From: Bacteroidota bacterium
GTDB lineage: Bacteria > Bacteroidota > Bacteroidia > Chitinophagales > Chitinophagaceae
DNA: 64,000 bases
Assembly (NCBI GenBank): GCA_018267615.1
Contig: JAFDYD010000019.1
Coordinates: 29,327 to 93,326, forward strand
Reading direction: 5' to 3'
The notes under the pieces: model-generated
Told to the model about the DNA's origin: nothing
What the model saw: only the letters and a program-made list of their open reading frames with translations
The model's database searches: none
Program-made: the position numbers and the translations under genes
In this document: positions 25,901 through 34,099 of the stretch, one piece after another
How positions within the stretch are numbered: the first letter of the stretch is position 1
Layout of the letters: every line of letters starts with the position of its first letter

Positions 25901-28617
25901 AGTTTACCACCGACCAAATCAAAACCGCCTACTATAGAAAATGAAGTATGCGCTTTCGGAATGCTGGCAATGTCAGCGAGTGTAACATCTAATGAAAATA
26001 CAAGTCCGAGTTTGTCGGGACTTAATTTTGGTGACTCAGGAAATGATATTGGTAAGCCGTTGATAAATTTTTCTGGACTTGATTGACCGGTTACAAGTTG
26101 TCCGTCGCTGATATACGGCGCCGAAGAATTCAACGTAAGATTTTGAAAACTGATCGCTTTGATATCTACCTGTCCCAATCCTCCGGGCAATGTCGGATTC
26201 AAAGAAAGATTGCCGGTCAATTTTGCAGTGGCTTTGAATCCTACATCTCCGCCAACAGTTACACCGATATAAGAAGATTTGTCGATATTCATATGCACGA
26301 TCCACATCGGCACATTCAAATTATCCTTCGGCTGAATCACGAATTGAAATTGCAATCCATTATTGTTACTCAACGTGCAGGTATAATCCAATTCTGAATT
26401 AGGATCTGTTTCATCTGCTATCGGCAGTATTACCCGCCCTTTCATGTTGCCCTGCACGAAGGAATTTTTTTTGAAAACACCTTCTATTCGATCAACAGAA
26501 TATGCCCATGTATCAAGTGCGCCTTGATCTATCGGCAAAATATTATCGATGCCAAGTGTTCCGCTGAGACCCTGGTTGTCGATTATAAAACTTTGTGCAG
26601 ATCCAACCAATCTATTGTTGCCTGTAAATGATTTCAGCAATGCGGGCAATTCCACTTGCATGGAAGGAATTAAAAATCCGCGCCATGTTGGAACAAGTCC
26701 GTCTGTATAATCTGCCGGCATTCCAGCCGGATTTTGTTTATCCGAATGATCGTAAAAAGCACTACCGGGCGCAAAATTAAAATCTGTATTACCGGTGATA
26801 TGGAATGCATCAATACTTACAGATGCAATCCAATCAGCCCAGGATTTTGTGGATTCAACAGTGAGTAACGCTTTCACCGGCGTACCATCTTTTTTTTGCA
26901 ACAGTGCCGGAGAGAAACTGTATTCACCACGAATGCGCATGCTCTGAAATCCATCTGCGCCAAATTCAATATAAGTTCCCAGGTCGCCTGCGTCGGCGGC
27001 TTTCAATGCAATGCCTGTTGTAGCGAGATCAAAATCTTTTTCGAGATAGATAGTCGCTTGTCCACATAAAGTTTTTTCCTTCGAGAAGCAAATGCCTCTT
27101 CCACCCAATGCCACCGTCATGCCTTCTTCCGGAATTTCGAAGGCAGCGCCTGCATCAAAATAAGCCTGCTGCGGTGTGAAGACCATATTGGTAACAGCAA
27201 TGGTGATCTGGCTCGAACTCACATTACTGATTCCTAACGGTAAGCTGTAGCCGAACGCCTCCTGCGGATTCAAATTACTGGTAATGTAATTGGAAATGTA
27301 TTGCGGAAAATTTTGCGCTTGTGCAGGATCCAGTGTGATGTTCGGATTCGTTGGATCATAATCCGGTAACAGGCTTGCCGCATCGCTTCTGCGTTTAGCT
27401 ACTGCATTTCCTGAAATAACCTGGTTACTGTTATTGATTTTGATATTCTGAAAACTGACACTGACCGGTATCAATTTTAAAACAGGCACCTGGATTTTTC
27501 CTTCGCCGGTTAAAGCGCCGCCGTTGCTACTGGTAATTTTTGTGATCGTTAAATCGAATCCATCGATGGTGAGTTTGCTTCCTACCTGGATAGCAGATAA
27601 ATTACTCTTTGATTTTGAATCGATGATCTGCATTTTACAATCATCGCTACATGTCACGATGCCTTTTGAATCGATTGTCATGGCCATCATCGTTGTGGCC
27701 AACTGCCCATATTCAAATTCGATTACTTCACTGCTTCCGTTATTTCGAAAAGTTGCGCCGCCCGAAGGATCGTTGGCCGTTATTTTCATTGCATATGTGC
27801 GGCCCGCTAGCAATTGTGGATATAATGCAGAATATAAAAACATCGGCGTTCCAGTGACCGTTGTTTCGAAAAATGGAACACTGGTAGATTGCATAGCGTC
27901 GTTAGGATTTCTGCCACCAAAAATTTCCACCAGTCGAATGGTGTATTGTGTTGATGGAGGTGCGCCGGGTGGTGTTGTCCATCGGAAAATAATATTTTGT
28001 GCCAGGCCGGTAATCGCAATGGTGTCCTGATCCATCGGGCTTAGGATGGTCGGCGGCTCGAGTGTGGAAACCGAAAAAATATTGCTGCAACCAATAGGAT
28101 CTTCGTCAGACAACGGTTTGTGTGTGGCCGCATCAAAAGCGCGTACACATACCTGGTAGGTTCCTTCCGGCAAACCTTGTTCGCCAAAAACAGAAGGTTT
28201 GATGCTATTGCTGCCGGAAATATATACGAGGCTGTTCGGATCAAATAAACTGCCGGCTTCAATGTCGTTCAAAGTTTTTGTTTCAAAAGCTTTTAGGTTG
28301 ATGGATGCCGGCTGATATCCTTTGGCAGTAGTTACTGTCACCCCGTTATCCCCGGTTACTGTTCCATTCAAGTAAATCGTATAGGCATTACCGGTATGAT
28401 TTGTGATCATAACCATTACCAGTCCCGGTGTATTGCTGAACTGGTAGAGTTTAGTAGGATATGTTCCCTGCGGCAATCGGTTGATATGAACACTAATGCT
28501 GATTTCCTGTTGCGCCAAAACGGTGTGCGTACCGGATGTACATATGATCAGCAGAAGAAAGTAAAAATATTTTTTGAATCGAATCAACATATCGTGAACA
28601 TTTAAAGTCAAATTCAT
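22972..28617 (-). CDS. Very large secreted multi-domain hypothetical protein (TANFOR-like N-terminus, long beta-rich core, Ig-like and C-terminal domains)
   Basis: 5.6-kb open frame, signal peptide ending VLA-QQ; LPEGTYQVCVRAFD...LEPPTILSP N-terminal module recognised by eye; family name not verified by search. Confidence 0.75.
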   Translation of the reverse strand: MNLTLNVHDMLIRFKKYFYFLLLIICTSGTHTVLAQQEISISVHINRLPQGTYPTKLYQFSNTPGLVMVMITNHTGNAYTIYLNGTVTGDNGVTVTTAKGYQPASINLKAFETKTLNDIEAGSLFDPNSLVYISGSNSIKPSVFGEQGLPEGTYQVCVRAFDAATHKPLSDEDPIGCSNIFSVSTLEPPTILSPMDQDTIAITGLAQNIIFRWTTPPGAPPSTQYTIRLVEIFGGRNPNDAMQSTSVPFFETTVTGTPMFLYSALYPQLLAGRTYAMKITANDPSGGATFRNNGSSEVIEFEYGQLATTMMAMTIDSKGIVTCSDDCKMQIIDSKSKSNLSAIQVGSKLTIDGFDLTITKITSSNGGALTGEGKIQVPVLKLIPVSVSFQNIKINNSNQVISGNAVAKRRSDAASLLPDYDPTNPNITLDPAQAQNFPQYISNYITSNLNPQEAFGYSLPLGISNVSSSQITIAVTNMVFTPQQAYFDAGAAFEIPEEGMTVALGGRGICFSKEKTLCGQATIYLEKDFDLATTGIALKAADAGDLGTYIEFGADGFQSMRIRGEYSFSPALLQKKDGTPVKALLTVESTKSWADWIASVSIDAFHITGNTDFNFAPGSAFYDHSDKQNPAGMPADYTDGLVPTWRGFLIPSMQVELPALLKSFTGNNRLVGSAQSFIIDNQGLSGTLGIDNILPIDQGALDTWAYSVDRIEGVFKKNSFVQGNMKGRVILPIADETDPNSELDYTCTLSNNNGLQFQFVIQPKDNLNVPMWIVHMNIDKSSYIGVTVGGDVGFKATAKLTGNLSLNPTLPGGLGQVDIKAISFQNLTLNSSAPYISDGQLVTGQSSPEKFINGLPISFPESPKLSPDKLGLVFSLDVTLADIASIPKAHTSFSIVGGFDLVGGKLKARLPQVHVDEIGLEGWVGPVHVHGFVRFFDDNPQWGNGVDGVLQDATFPPGFSVKASALFGKKSFNYFFVGASFNLPPPGIPIGGGIVPLSIFGFGGGVYYNMTLNQEPMVTKYITSVDPMSMYKPAAGVTGFKGSVTLGTTDGNVFVGMGTLSVEIDQQTLALHKLAINIDAGLYTKLGEIESAMVRGDGFIQYDFSQNEFTAGINMNINLPGGFIKGNGMLGILTNFNTGDWYFKIGEPEPADHRVNLTLSTLGLLKFDFKTYQNVGNVLRLPASLQSIYDEVTGKIMSTDSYTDPVTQQTKTIPTVAGVLLGASAAADLNLEFLIFYLELKAGLGFDLALIKDARKCDNGDLLGLDGYYAFGDLYASGSFAFGLVVDVWFYKGKISVAEVGFKATLQAGFPNPFVFDGWLESDYSVLDGLISGHMNFHVKYSSADEGGCKLSANPFGGLPLVSAIFPGDGAANISIMSNINVAFNFPVNQEFSVTVKDDNTGKNVQKTLLVIVKKLSVSEVGGKAYTYTGYMNEDGSVYTEGGASIQAVYHNALLYGWQNAFDPSAKHLVKLTVYGFQRDANGNWQEVTESRIQDTTVSFMTGGCITRLDESVSMGLDILGHTIGGPAVCANYPFTNQRYFLPGQRAHGYIQLVRDIPCMQDPPASTGSNLRTAFQSTVVTGYDLFIQFISTKDNFEEPVTQQGKYLNFDIPQLSPATVYKLRIVKRPIYKKTGADLTQYIDQLRMGANSPLVTTRNQYLNDPSNGAKTNYVVLKNFAADATASLSKPDDIEIYDYFFRTSRFKTLQDKMGGAYQTGGVSWNLLMPFFQVSMLEGLDVYDANGCAYDGSGNGSNDWIIPPLVNLDEKYGDNPWMLGVIAPLVTNYKQMSQFDPMVSYNSLWELNSPSGNTSNTFTVNRAYVRGREPFMVTGYDPPLQSNEIPYVLLGNHSILTTPNLSAVKTSTQPSSPVKISATSVKIQP

Positions 28618-28651
28618 TTAATAGAGTCAACCCACGAGTATTTTCATTTCG

Positions 28652-30370
28652 TCAAAAAGAAAATCCATATCCGACTTCTACACGGCTCTCTGAATATTTC
28701 GGATAATATGATGTGGGTTGATCAGGCGTATTGCTCGTAAAATATGCGGTCAGATGTAGCGCATGTTTCTTATAAAAGTTGTACCTGCTCTGCAATGATG
28801 CTGTAATGATTTTTCCTTTTTCTTCGTTGCGTTTGCTCAAGAGATATCCGCCACTGGCCGAGATGGTGATCTTCCCTTTCTTCCAGGATTTAGATGCACC
28901 AACCGTGGCGCCCATGTTTTGATCGGTCAATTGATCGCCCTTCATGGCCGTCTGATTCAGTGAAATGAAAAAAGAAGTATTATGTTCAACCAGGTTCAAT
29001 TGATAATTCAAAACATAATTGGTGGTGTTGATGTCACCGCTGACGCTGTCAATTCTTGCCGGGTTCAGTTCCCTCGCCTGGTTGATATTGGCTGAAAAAA
29101 CAATTGAATGCGCGACGCTGGTGCCTGCAATTGTATAACGCGGCGTAATAGAAAACTGCCTGCTCGATTCCACCAATTTCAATGAATCGGCAAAGCGTAT
29201 AGTCTTCACCGTTTGATTGATGGAATAATTACTGAAACTAAGATCGATCCCAAATTGCCGTGTGATTTCTGCAGACAGATTTGCGGACCCGATTATTTTT
29301 TTTGATCGGGCTCTTTTTGACTTGGCAAGATCATCATGCTGAATGCCGAGACTACCACTAAAACGCAACCTGCTTTTGAATAAGGTAAATGAAGGAGCCA
29401 CCGTGTAACTTTCCAGGTCGTTGTTCAAAAAATAAGCTCCCATCGATTGATATCCCGGATCGATATGACGATATTGAAACCTGAGGGAAAAATTTCTTGT
29501 CTTGTAGCGGATAGCAGCTTCGATGGCACCGTATAATTCACTGCTCGTATTCACGCGAACAATACGGCTGATTTTTTTCACATCGTTATCAAACGAAGAA
29601 TCCTGCACGAGCGGAGAATTAATATCGTTTGTATATAGACTCATCGCGCCATCACTTTCAAAACTGAGATGCTGTTTCCAAATGCTCAAACGCATATTAT
29701 ATCCAACGACTGTGTTCTCCGCAGGTGTGATCCCCGATGAGTCGATAAAACCCTTACTCATTTTTATGCTCGAAGGATCATCTTTTGCTTTCAATGCGAT
29801 CAGATCGATAAAATTGTTTTGTGTTCCGTATCCAATTTTAATTGCACCGCCTGTCCGCCGATAAGAGAAGTTAGAGAAGTAAAGACTTTGTGCAGTATCC
29901 AATGAAGTTGCCTTGTTGAATTGACCGTACATCACAGCGAATCTGAATTTGCCTGGATTGAGTTCAACGCCTCCGCCAAGAAAAGTATGTCCGGCTAAAG
30001 TGAATGGTGAAAAATTAAGACTGCGATAGCCTGCGTGAACGGTTATCCATTTGTAAGTCGGACTCATTCCGAATTGATTGAATGGCTGCGAGAAACTATT
30101 CTGCTGTTTTCCGATAATAAATGAGAAAGGTATTCGCCATCCATATATAGAAATGACAGGAGAACCAGTAATCACATAATTAAAAGGGAGATAACGATTG
30201 GGAATGCCGTTGGCATTGTAGAAAATCGCGGTAGCGTCAACACTTCCTGATAAAACAAAAGGTTTTGCGTGAATCATTTGCTCCACCTGCTGCGCATGCA
30301 ATCTTTGCGCAATTGCAAATGAAGAAATCATCAAAATAAAAAATAATTTATTCCATGTAGGGGTGTTCAT
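28652..30370 (-). CDS. Putative outer-membrane beta-barrel protein of unknown function
   Basis: Signal peptide (..RLHA-QQ), alternating amphipathic strands throughout, C-terminal RVEVGYGFSF beta-signal. Confidence 0.8.
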   Translation of the reverse strand: MNTPTWNKLFFILMISSFAIAQRLHAQQVEQMIHAKPFVLSGSVDATAIFYNANGIPNRYLPFNYVITGSPVISIYGWRIPFSFIIGKQQNSFSQPFNQFGMSPTYKWITVHAGYRSLNFSPFTLAGHTFLGGGVELNPGKFRFAVMYGQFNKATSLDTAQSLYFSNFSYRRTGGAIKIGYGTQNNFIDLIALKAKDDPSSIKMSKGFIDSSGITPAENTVVGYNMRLSIWKQHLSFESDGAMSLYTNDINSPLVQDSSFDNDVKKISRIVRVNTSSELYGAIEAAIRYKTRNFSLRFQYRHIDPGYQSMGAYFLNNDLESYTVAPSFTLFKSRLRFSGSLGIQHDDLAKSKRARSKKIIGSANLSAEITRQFGIDLSFSNYSINQTVKTIRFADSLKLVESSRQFSITPRYTIAGTSVAHSIVFSANINQARELNPARIDSVSGDINTTNYVLNYQLNLVEHNTSFFISLNQTAMKGDQLTDQNMGATVGASKSWKKGKITISASGGYLLSKRNEEKGKIITASLQSRYNFYKKHALHLTAYFTSNTPDQPTSYYPKYSESRVEVGYGFSF

Positions 30371-30568
30371 CAGGTTAACGCTTTAGAAGATGGCAGGTTC
30401 AGGGAGGATATTGAAAAGTTTCGAGCTGTTCAGTGGCGTGCATTAGAAATAAATGGCGAAAAGTAAATATCAATTATTTGATTGCTGATAATTTTGCGAT
30501 TTAGCCGGTGGGGAGAACGACTGAGCATTTGGAGCAATAAGTCGAGATTAGAACCCTCAAAAAAAAGC

Positions 30569-30598
30569 AAAAAAAATCCGCAGTAGAATTACTGCGGA
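30569..30598 (-). terminator. Intrinsic terminator after rpsG
   Basis: tccgcagta-gaat-tactgcgga 9-bp stem followed by a U-run on the minus strand. Confidence 0.85.
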
Positions 30599-30622
30599 CT
30601 CATTTATAAAAAATTGGTTGAA

Positions 30623-31090
30623 CTAGATTCTGAAGTGAGCAAAAGCTTTATTTGCTTCTGCCATACGGTGTGTATCTTCTTTTTTCTTAAAAGCACCACC
30701 TTCACCTTTGCTTGCTGCCACGATTTCATTAGCAAGTTTTTCAGCCATGCTTTTTCCATTTCTTTCCCTACTATAACGGATAAGCCATTTCATGCTAAGG
30801 GAAATTTTTCTGTCTGCACGAACTTCTGCGGGAATTTGGAAAGTAGCACCACCAATACGGCGACTACGAACTTCTACAGCCGGAGTCACATTATTCAATG
30901 CTCTTTTCCAGATTTCGTAGCCATCTTCATTGGTCTGTTTTGCAACTTTGTCAATTGCATTGTAGAAAATTTCGAAGGCTGTATTTTTTTTACCCTGCCA
31001 CATCAGGTTATTGACGAAACGAGTAACCAGCTGGTCATTGTATCTTGCGTCTTTTGCGAGGGGTAATTTTTTTGCTTGCGTTTTCCTCAT
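30623..31090 (-). CDS. rpsG: 30S ribosomal protein S7
   Basis: [30 protein letters not shown]. Confidence 0.98.
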   Translation of the reverse strand: MRKTQAKKLPLAKDARYNDQLVTRFVNNLMWQGKKNTAFEIFYNAIDKVAKQTNEDGYEIWKRALNNVTPAVEVRSRRIGGATFQIPAEVRADRKISLSMKWLIRYSRERNGKSMAEKLANEIVAASKGEGGAFKKKEDTHRMAEANKAFAHFRI

Positions 31091-31143
31091 TGATTTATAA
31101 AATTATTTCAGGTTTCGCTTATTCTTATTAAAAATATTTCAGG

Positions 31144-31536
31144 TTATTTTTTTGCGCCTGCTTTTCCTTTTTCTCTTTTAGTTCCGTATTTAGAGCGGCT
31201 TTTTTTACGATCCTTCACACCGGCAGTATCCAGGCTTCCGCGAACGATATGGTAACGTACACCCGGTAAATCTTTAACGCGACCACCGCGTATCAACACG
31301 ATAGAGTGTTCCTGAAGATTGTGACCTTCACCAGGAATATACGCGATAACTTCAACCTTATTCGTCAAGCGAACCTTAGCCACTTTACGTAAAGCGGAGT
31401 TTGGCTTCTTTGGAGTTGTTGTATATACGCGGGTACAAACGCCACGACGCTGTGGACATGCATCCAAAGCCCTGGACTTGCTTTTTGCTCTGATGATCTC
31501 TCTTCCTTTTCGAACTAATTGCTGTATTGTAGGCAT
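31144..31536 (-). CDS. rpsL: 30S ribosomal protein S12
   Basis: [37 protein letters not shown]. Confidence 0.99.
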   Translation of the reverse strand: MPTIQQLVRKGREIIRAKSKSRALDACPQRRGVCTRVYTTTPKKPNSALRKVAKVRLTNKVEVIAYIPGEGHNLQEHSIVLIRGGRVKDLPGVRYHIVRGSLDTAGVKDRKKSRSKYGTKREKGKAGAKK

Positions 31537-31560
31537 TTAACCTGTTTTATTTTGGGACGG

Positions 31561-31592
31561 CAAAGGTAAAGACCGAGGGATAAAAATCCAAA
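31561..31592 (-). promoter_or_regulatory. Bacteroidetes primary-sigma promoter for rpsL-rpsG
   Basis: TTTG (31592-31589), 20-nt spacer, TACCTTTG (31568-31561). Confidence 0.85.
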
Positions 31593-31674
31593 TTTAAATT
31601 GGAATGAATAGAAAAAACATAACCCGGAAAACGAGGCAAAGCAAGTCAACGCTTCAGCGCCTCCATCCGCTCGT

Positions 31675-32739
31675 TTATACTTTCACCATCCAACCATGTT
31701 TATCCTCTTTTCTTCCTTCGCGGATATCGGTCAGTAACTTTTTCAAAGTCGGCGAAATCTTCCATTTCTCCGTTTCGAATTGCATCACGAAATCTTTGTA
31801 ACGCAGCTCTTTAATAGGCGAAATGGTGGCGGCGGTACCGGTTCCAAATAGTTCCGACAAAGTACCTTTTTTATATCCGTCTATAACCTCGTCAATATTT
31901 ATTTTTCTTTCTTCTACGGTAAGTCCCATTTCTTTCAAAACAGTAATAGCACTATCCCGGGTAACACCTTCAAGGATGGTACCTTCTTCCAATGAAGGCG
32001 TAACAGCCTTATTTCCGAAAATAAAAAAAACGTTCATCGTCCCTACTTCCTGGAGCCATTTATGCTCGGTAGAGTCAGTCCATAAAACCTGGTCATATCC
32101 CCTTGCCTTAGCATCTGCGGCCGCTTTGAGGCTTCCACCGTAATTGCCAGCATTTTTTGCAAACCCAACACCACCAGGTGCAGCACGCGTATATTTTTCT
32201 TCGACATAAATTCTCATGGGCGCCGCATAATAAGGACCCGTTGGACTCAACAAAATAATAAACTTGTAAGTATCAGATGGTTTAACGCCTATCGAAGTAT
32301 CAGTGGCAAACATAATCGGACGGATATACAATGAGTAATCTTCTTTATTCGGCATCCAATTTTTATCTACCTGGATCAATCTGCGCAAACCCTCAATAAA
32401 GATCTCTTCTGGAACCGCAGGCATTTGCATACGTTCCGCAGAAATATTAAATCTTTTGAAATTATCGTAAGGCCTGAAAATATAAGCGTGCCCGTCTTTA
32501 TTTCTATAAGCCTTAATTCCCTCAAAAATGGCTTGCCCGTAGTGAAGAGCAGCCAATGAAGGCTCGAGCAGCAAAGGTTGATAAGGTTTGATTTCTGCAG
32601 TCTTCCACTCACCATCAGCATAATCCACCTCAAGCATATGGTCTGTAAAATATCTCCCGAAAGGAAGATTATTAAAATCCACTTCATTTATCTTACTTCT
32701 TTCAACTTTTGTAATTTGTATATCCATCGCATCGATCAT
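31675..32739 (-). CDS. ilvE: Branched-chain amino acid aminotransferase
   Basis: LHYGQAIFEGIKAY, YIRP, AKNAGNY (PLP Lys), EVGTMNVF, ILEGVTR, FGTGTAA. Confidence 0.95.
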   Translation of the reverse strand: MIDAMDIQITKVERSKINEVDFNNLPFGRYFTDHMLEVDYADGEWKTAEIKPYQPLLLEPSLAALHYGQAIFEGIKAYRNKDGHAYIFRPYDNFKRFNISAERMQMPAVPEEIFIEGLRRLIQVDKNWMPNKEDYSLYIRPIMFATDTSIGVKPSDTYKFIILLSPTGPYYAAPMRIYVEEKYTRAAPGGVGFAKNAGNYGGSLKAAADAKARGYDQVLWTDSTEHKWLQEVGTMNVFFIFGNKAVTPSLEEGTILEGVTRDSAITVLKEMGLTVEERKINIDEVIDGYKKGTLSELFGTGTAATISPIKELRYKDFVMQFETEKWKISPTLKKLLTDIREGRKEDKHGWMVKV

Positions 32740-32799
32740 AAAATGTTATTTTTGTTGTGACAAAGAAACAAAACAATCCTCCTGCATCAAAAAAGAGGA

Positions 32800-32824
32800 C
32801 AAATATACTAACAAATGTTAGTAT
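32800..32824. promoter_or_regulatory. ilvE -7 box (TATATTTG, minus strand) overlapped by a perfect 9-2-9 palindrome
   Basis: CAAATATA at 32800-32807; ATACTAACA-AA-TGTTAGTAT at 32805-32824. Confidence 0.65.
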
Positions 32825-32918
32825 GACTGTGATACGACCCGTAAAAAGCAAAATAGTCATCTAAAACCGGAATCTTGTATCCTAATGCTGTTTATTGGGT
32901 AAATAATTAATTCTTATT

Positions 32919-33434
32919 ATGAGTTTAAACAAAATGCAACTCCCCGTATCTGTTATCGCAGGACTGTTCAAACATGCGCTGGTACTATCAGATAAAAAAA
33001 ATACAGAAATAGAAGATCGGACAGGAACAAAGCCTGCCTTTAACTTTCTGGGAAATAATTTAAAAAACATCAGCCTGATTGTAAATTCAACGCGTCCTTT
33101 TTTTCTCGAAGATCAATACCTGGTTTTTTTTACAAAAATGCTGGATGCATGCAAACTCGGGATTAACGACGTTGCTATCATCAATCACAATATAAATCCC
33201 GTCAATGTTGTTGAACTGAACGAAGAATTGAATCCAAAAATCGTTTTACTTTTTGGATTGGAACCAACGGCAATTAAACTTCCATTCAATAGCCCGGCTT
33301 TTAAAATACAGGAATACAATAATCGCCAGTATCTGTATGTTCCCAGCCTGGAAGAACTCAGCAAGGACACTGAAGAAAGTAAAGTCTTAAAAAGTAAACT
33401 ATGGGTTTGCCTGCGGAAGTTGTTCGAAATATAG
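32919..33434 (+). CDS. Conserved hypothetical protein, possibly degenerate UDG-like fold
   Basis: FLGNNLKNI, KMLDACKL..DVAIIN, PKIVLLFG, YVPSL; co-oriented with rdgB. Confidence 0.7.
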   Translation: MSLNKMQLPVSVIAGLFKHALVLSDKKNTEIEDRTGTKPAFNFLGNNLKNISLIVNSTRPFFLEDQYLVFFTKMLDACKLGINDVAIINHNINPVNVVELNEELNPKIVLLFGLEPTAIKLPFNSPAFKIQEYNNRQYLYVPSLEELSKDTEESKVLKSKLWVCLRKLFEI

Positions 33435-33490
33435 ACGGCACGTTTTTAAAAGATTCAACCTTCTTAAATCATAAAATTTTTCTCGTCTGA

Positions 33491-34075
33491 ATGAAACTGA
33501 TTTTTGCAACGAACAACCAACATAAAGTTGAGGAGATACAATCAGTCATTAACCATAAATTTGAAGTAGTCAGTTTGAAGGGCGCAGGTATTCACATCGA
33601 TATTCCTGAACCGCACGACACGTTGGAAGCAAATGCATCTGAAAAATCGAGAACCATCCACGAAATGACCCAAGCCAATTGTTTCAGTGAGGATACTGGT
33701 TTGGAAGTTGAATCGCTCGGTGGAGAGCCCGGGATAAAAAGCGCCAGGTATTCTGGTGAAAATAGATCTTTCGATGACAATATCAAAAAGCTTTTGGAAA
33801 AATTGCGAGATCAATCAAATCGCAAGGCCAGATTCCGGACTGTTATTTCTTTGATCTGGGAAAACAAAGAATATTTGTTTGAAGGTATCTGTCCGGGAAA
33901 AATCAGTGAGGAAAGACAAGGCAAGAGTGGGTTTGGGTATGATCCGATTTTTATTCCCGATGGAAGCTCATCCAGTTTTGCAGAAATGACGCTTGCTGAA
34001 AAAAATCAATTCAGTCATCGTAAAAAAGCTACTGATAAACTAATCGCTTTTTTAAGGCAGCAGCAAGAATTCTGA
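33491..34075 (+). CDS. rdgB: Non-canonical purine NTP pyrophosphatase (Ham1 family)
   Basis: FATNNQHKVEE, SEDTGL, PGIKSARYSG, GFGYDPIF, SHRKKA. Confidence 0.95.
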   Translation: MKLIFATNNQHKVEEIQSVINHKFEVVSLKGAGIHIDIPEPHDTLEANASEKSRTIHEMTQANCFSEDTGLEVESLGGEPGIKSARYSGENRSFDDNIKKLLEKLRDQSNRKARFRTVISLIWENKEYLFEGICPGKISEERQGKSGFGYDPIFIPDGSSSSFAEMTLAEKNQFSHRKKATDKLIAFLRQQQEF

Positions 34076-34099
34076 TTCACAATTTTGAAATGTTGATAT

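Noticed and set aside
20080-28617. T9SS cargo or polymorphic toxin assignment for the large secreted proteins
   Set aside because: No recognisable T9SS C-terminal domain, RHS/YD repeats, toxin motif or small immunity gene; an HMM search could still overturn this
13576-30622. The insert as an active mobile element or prophage
   Set aside because: No integrase, transposase, phage gene, tRNA target or matching direct repeats found in the two flanking gaps
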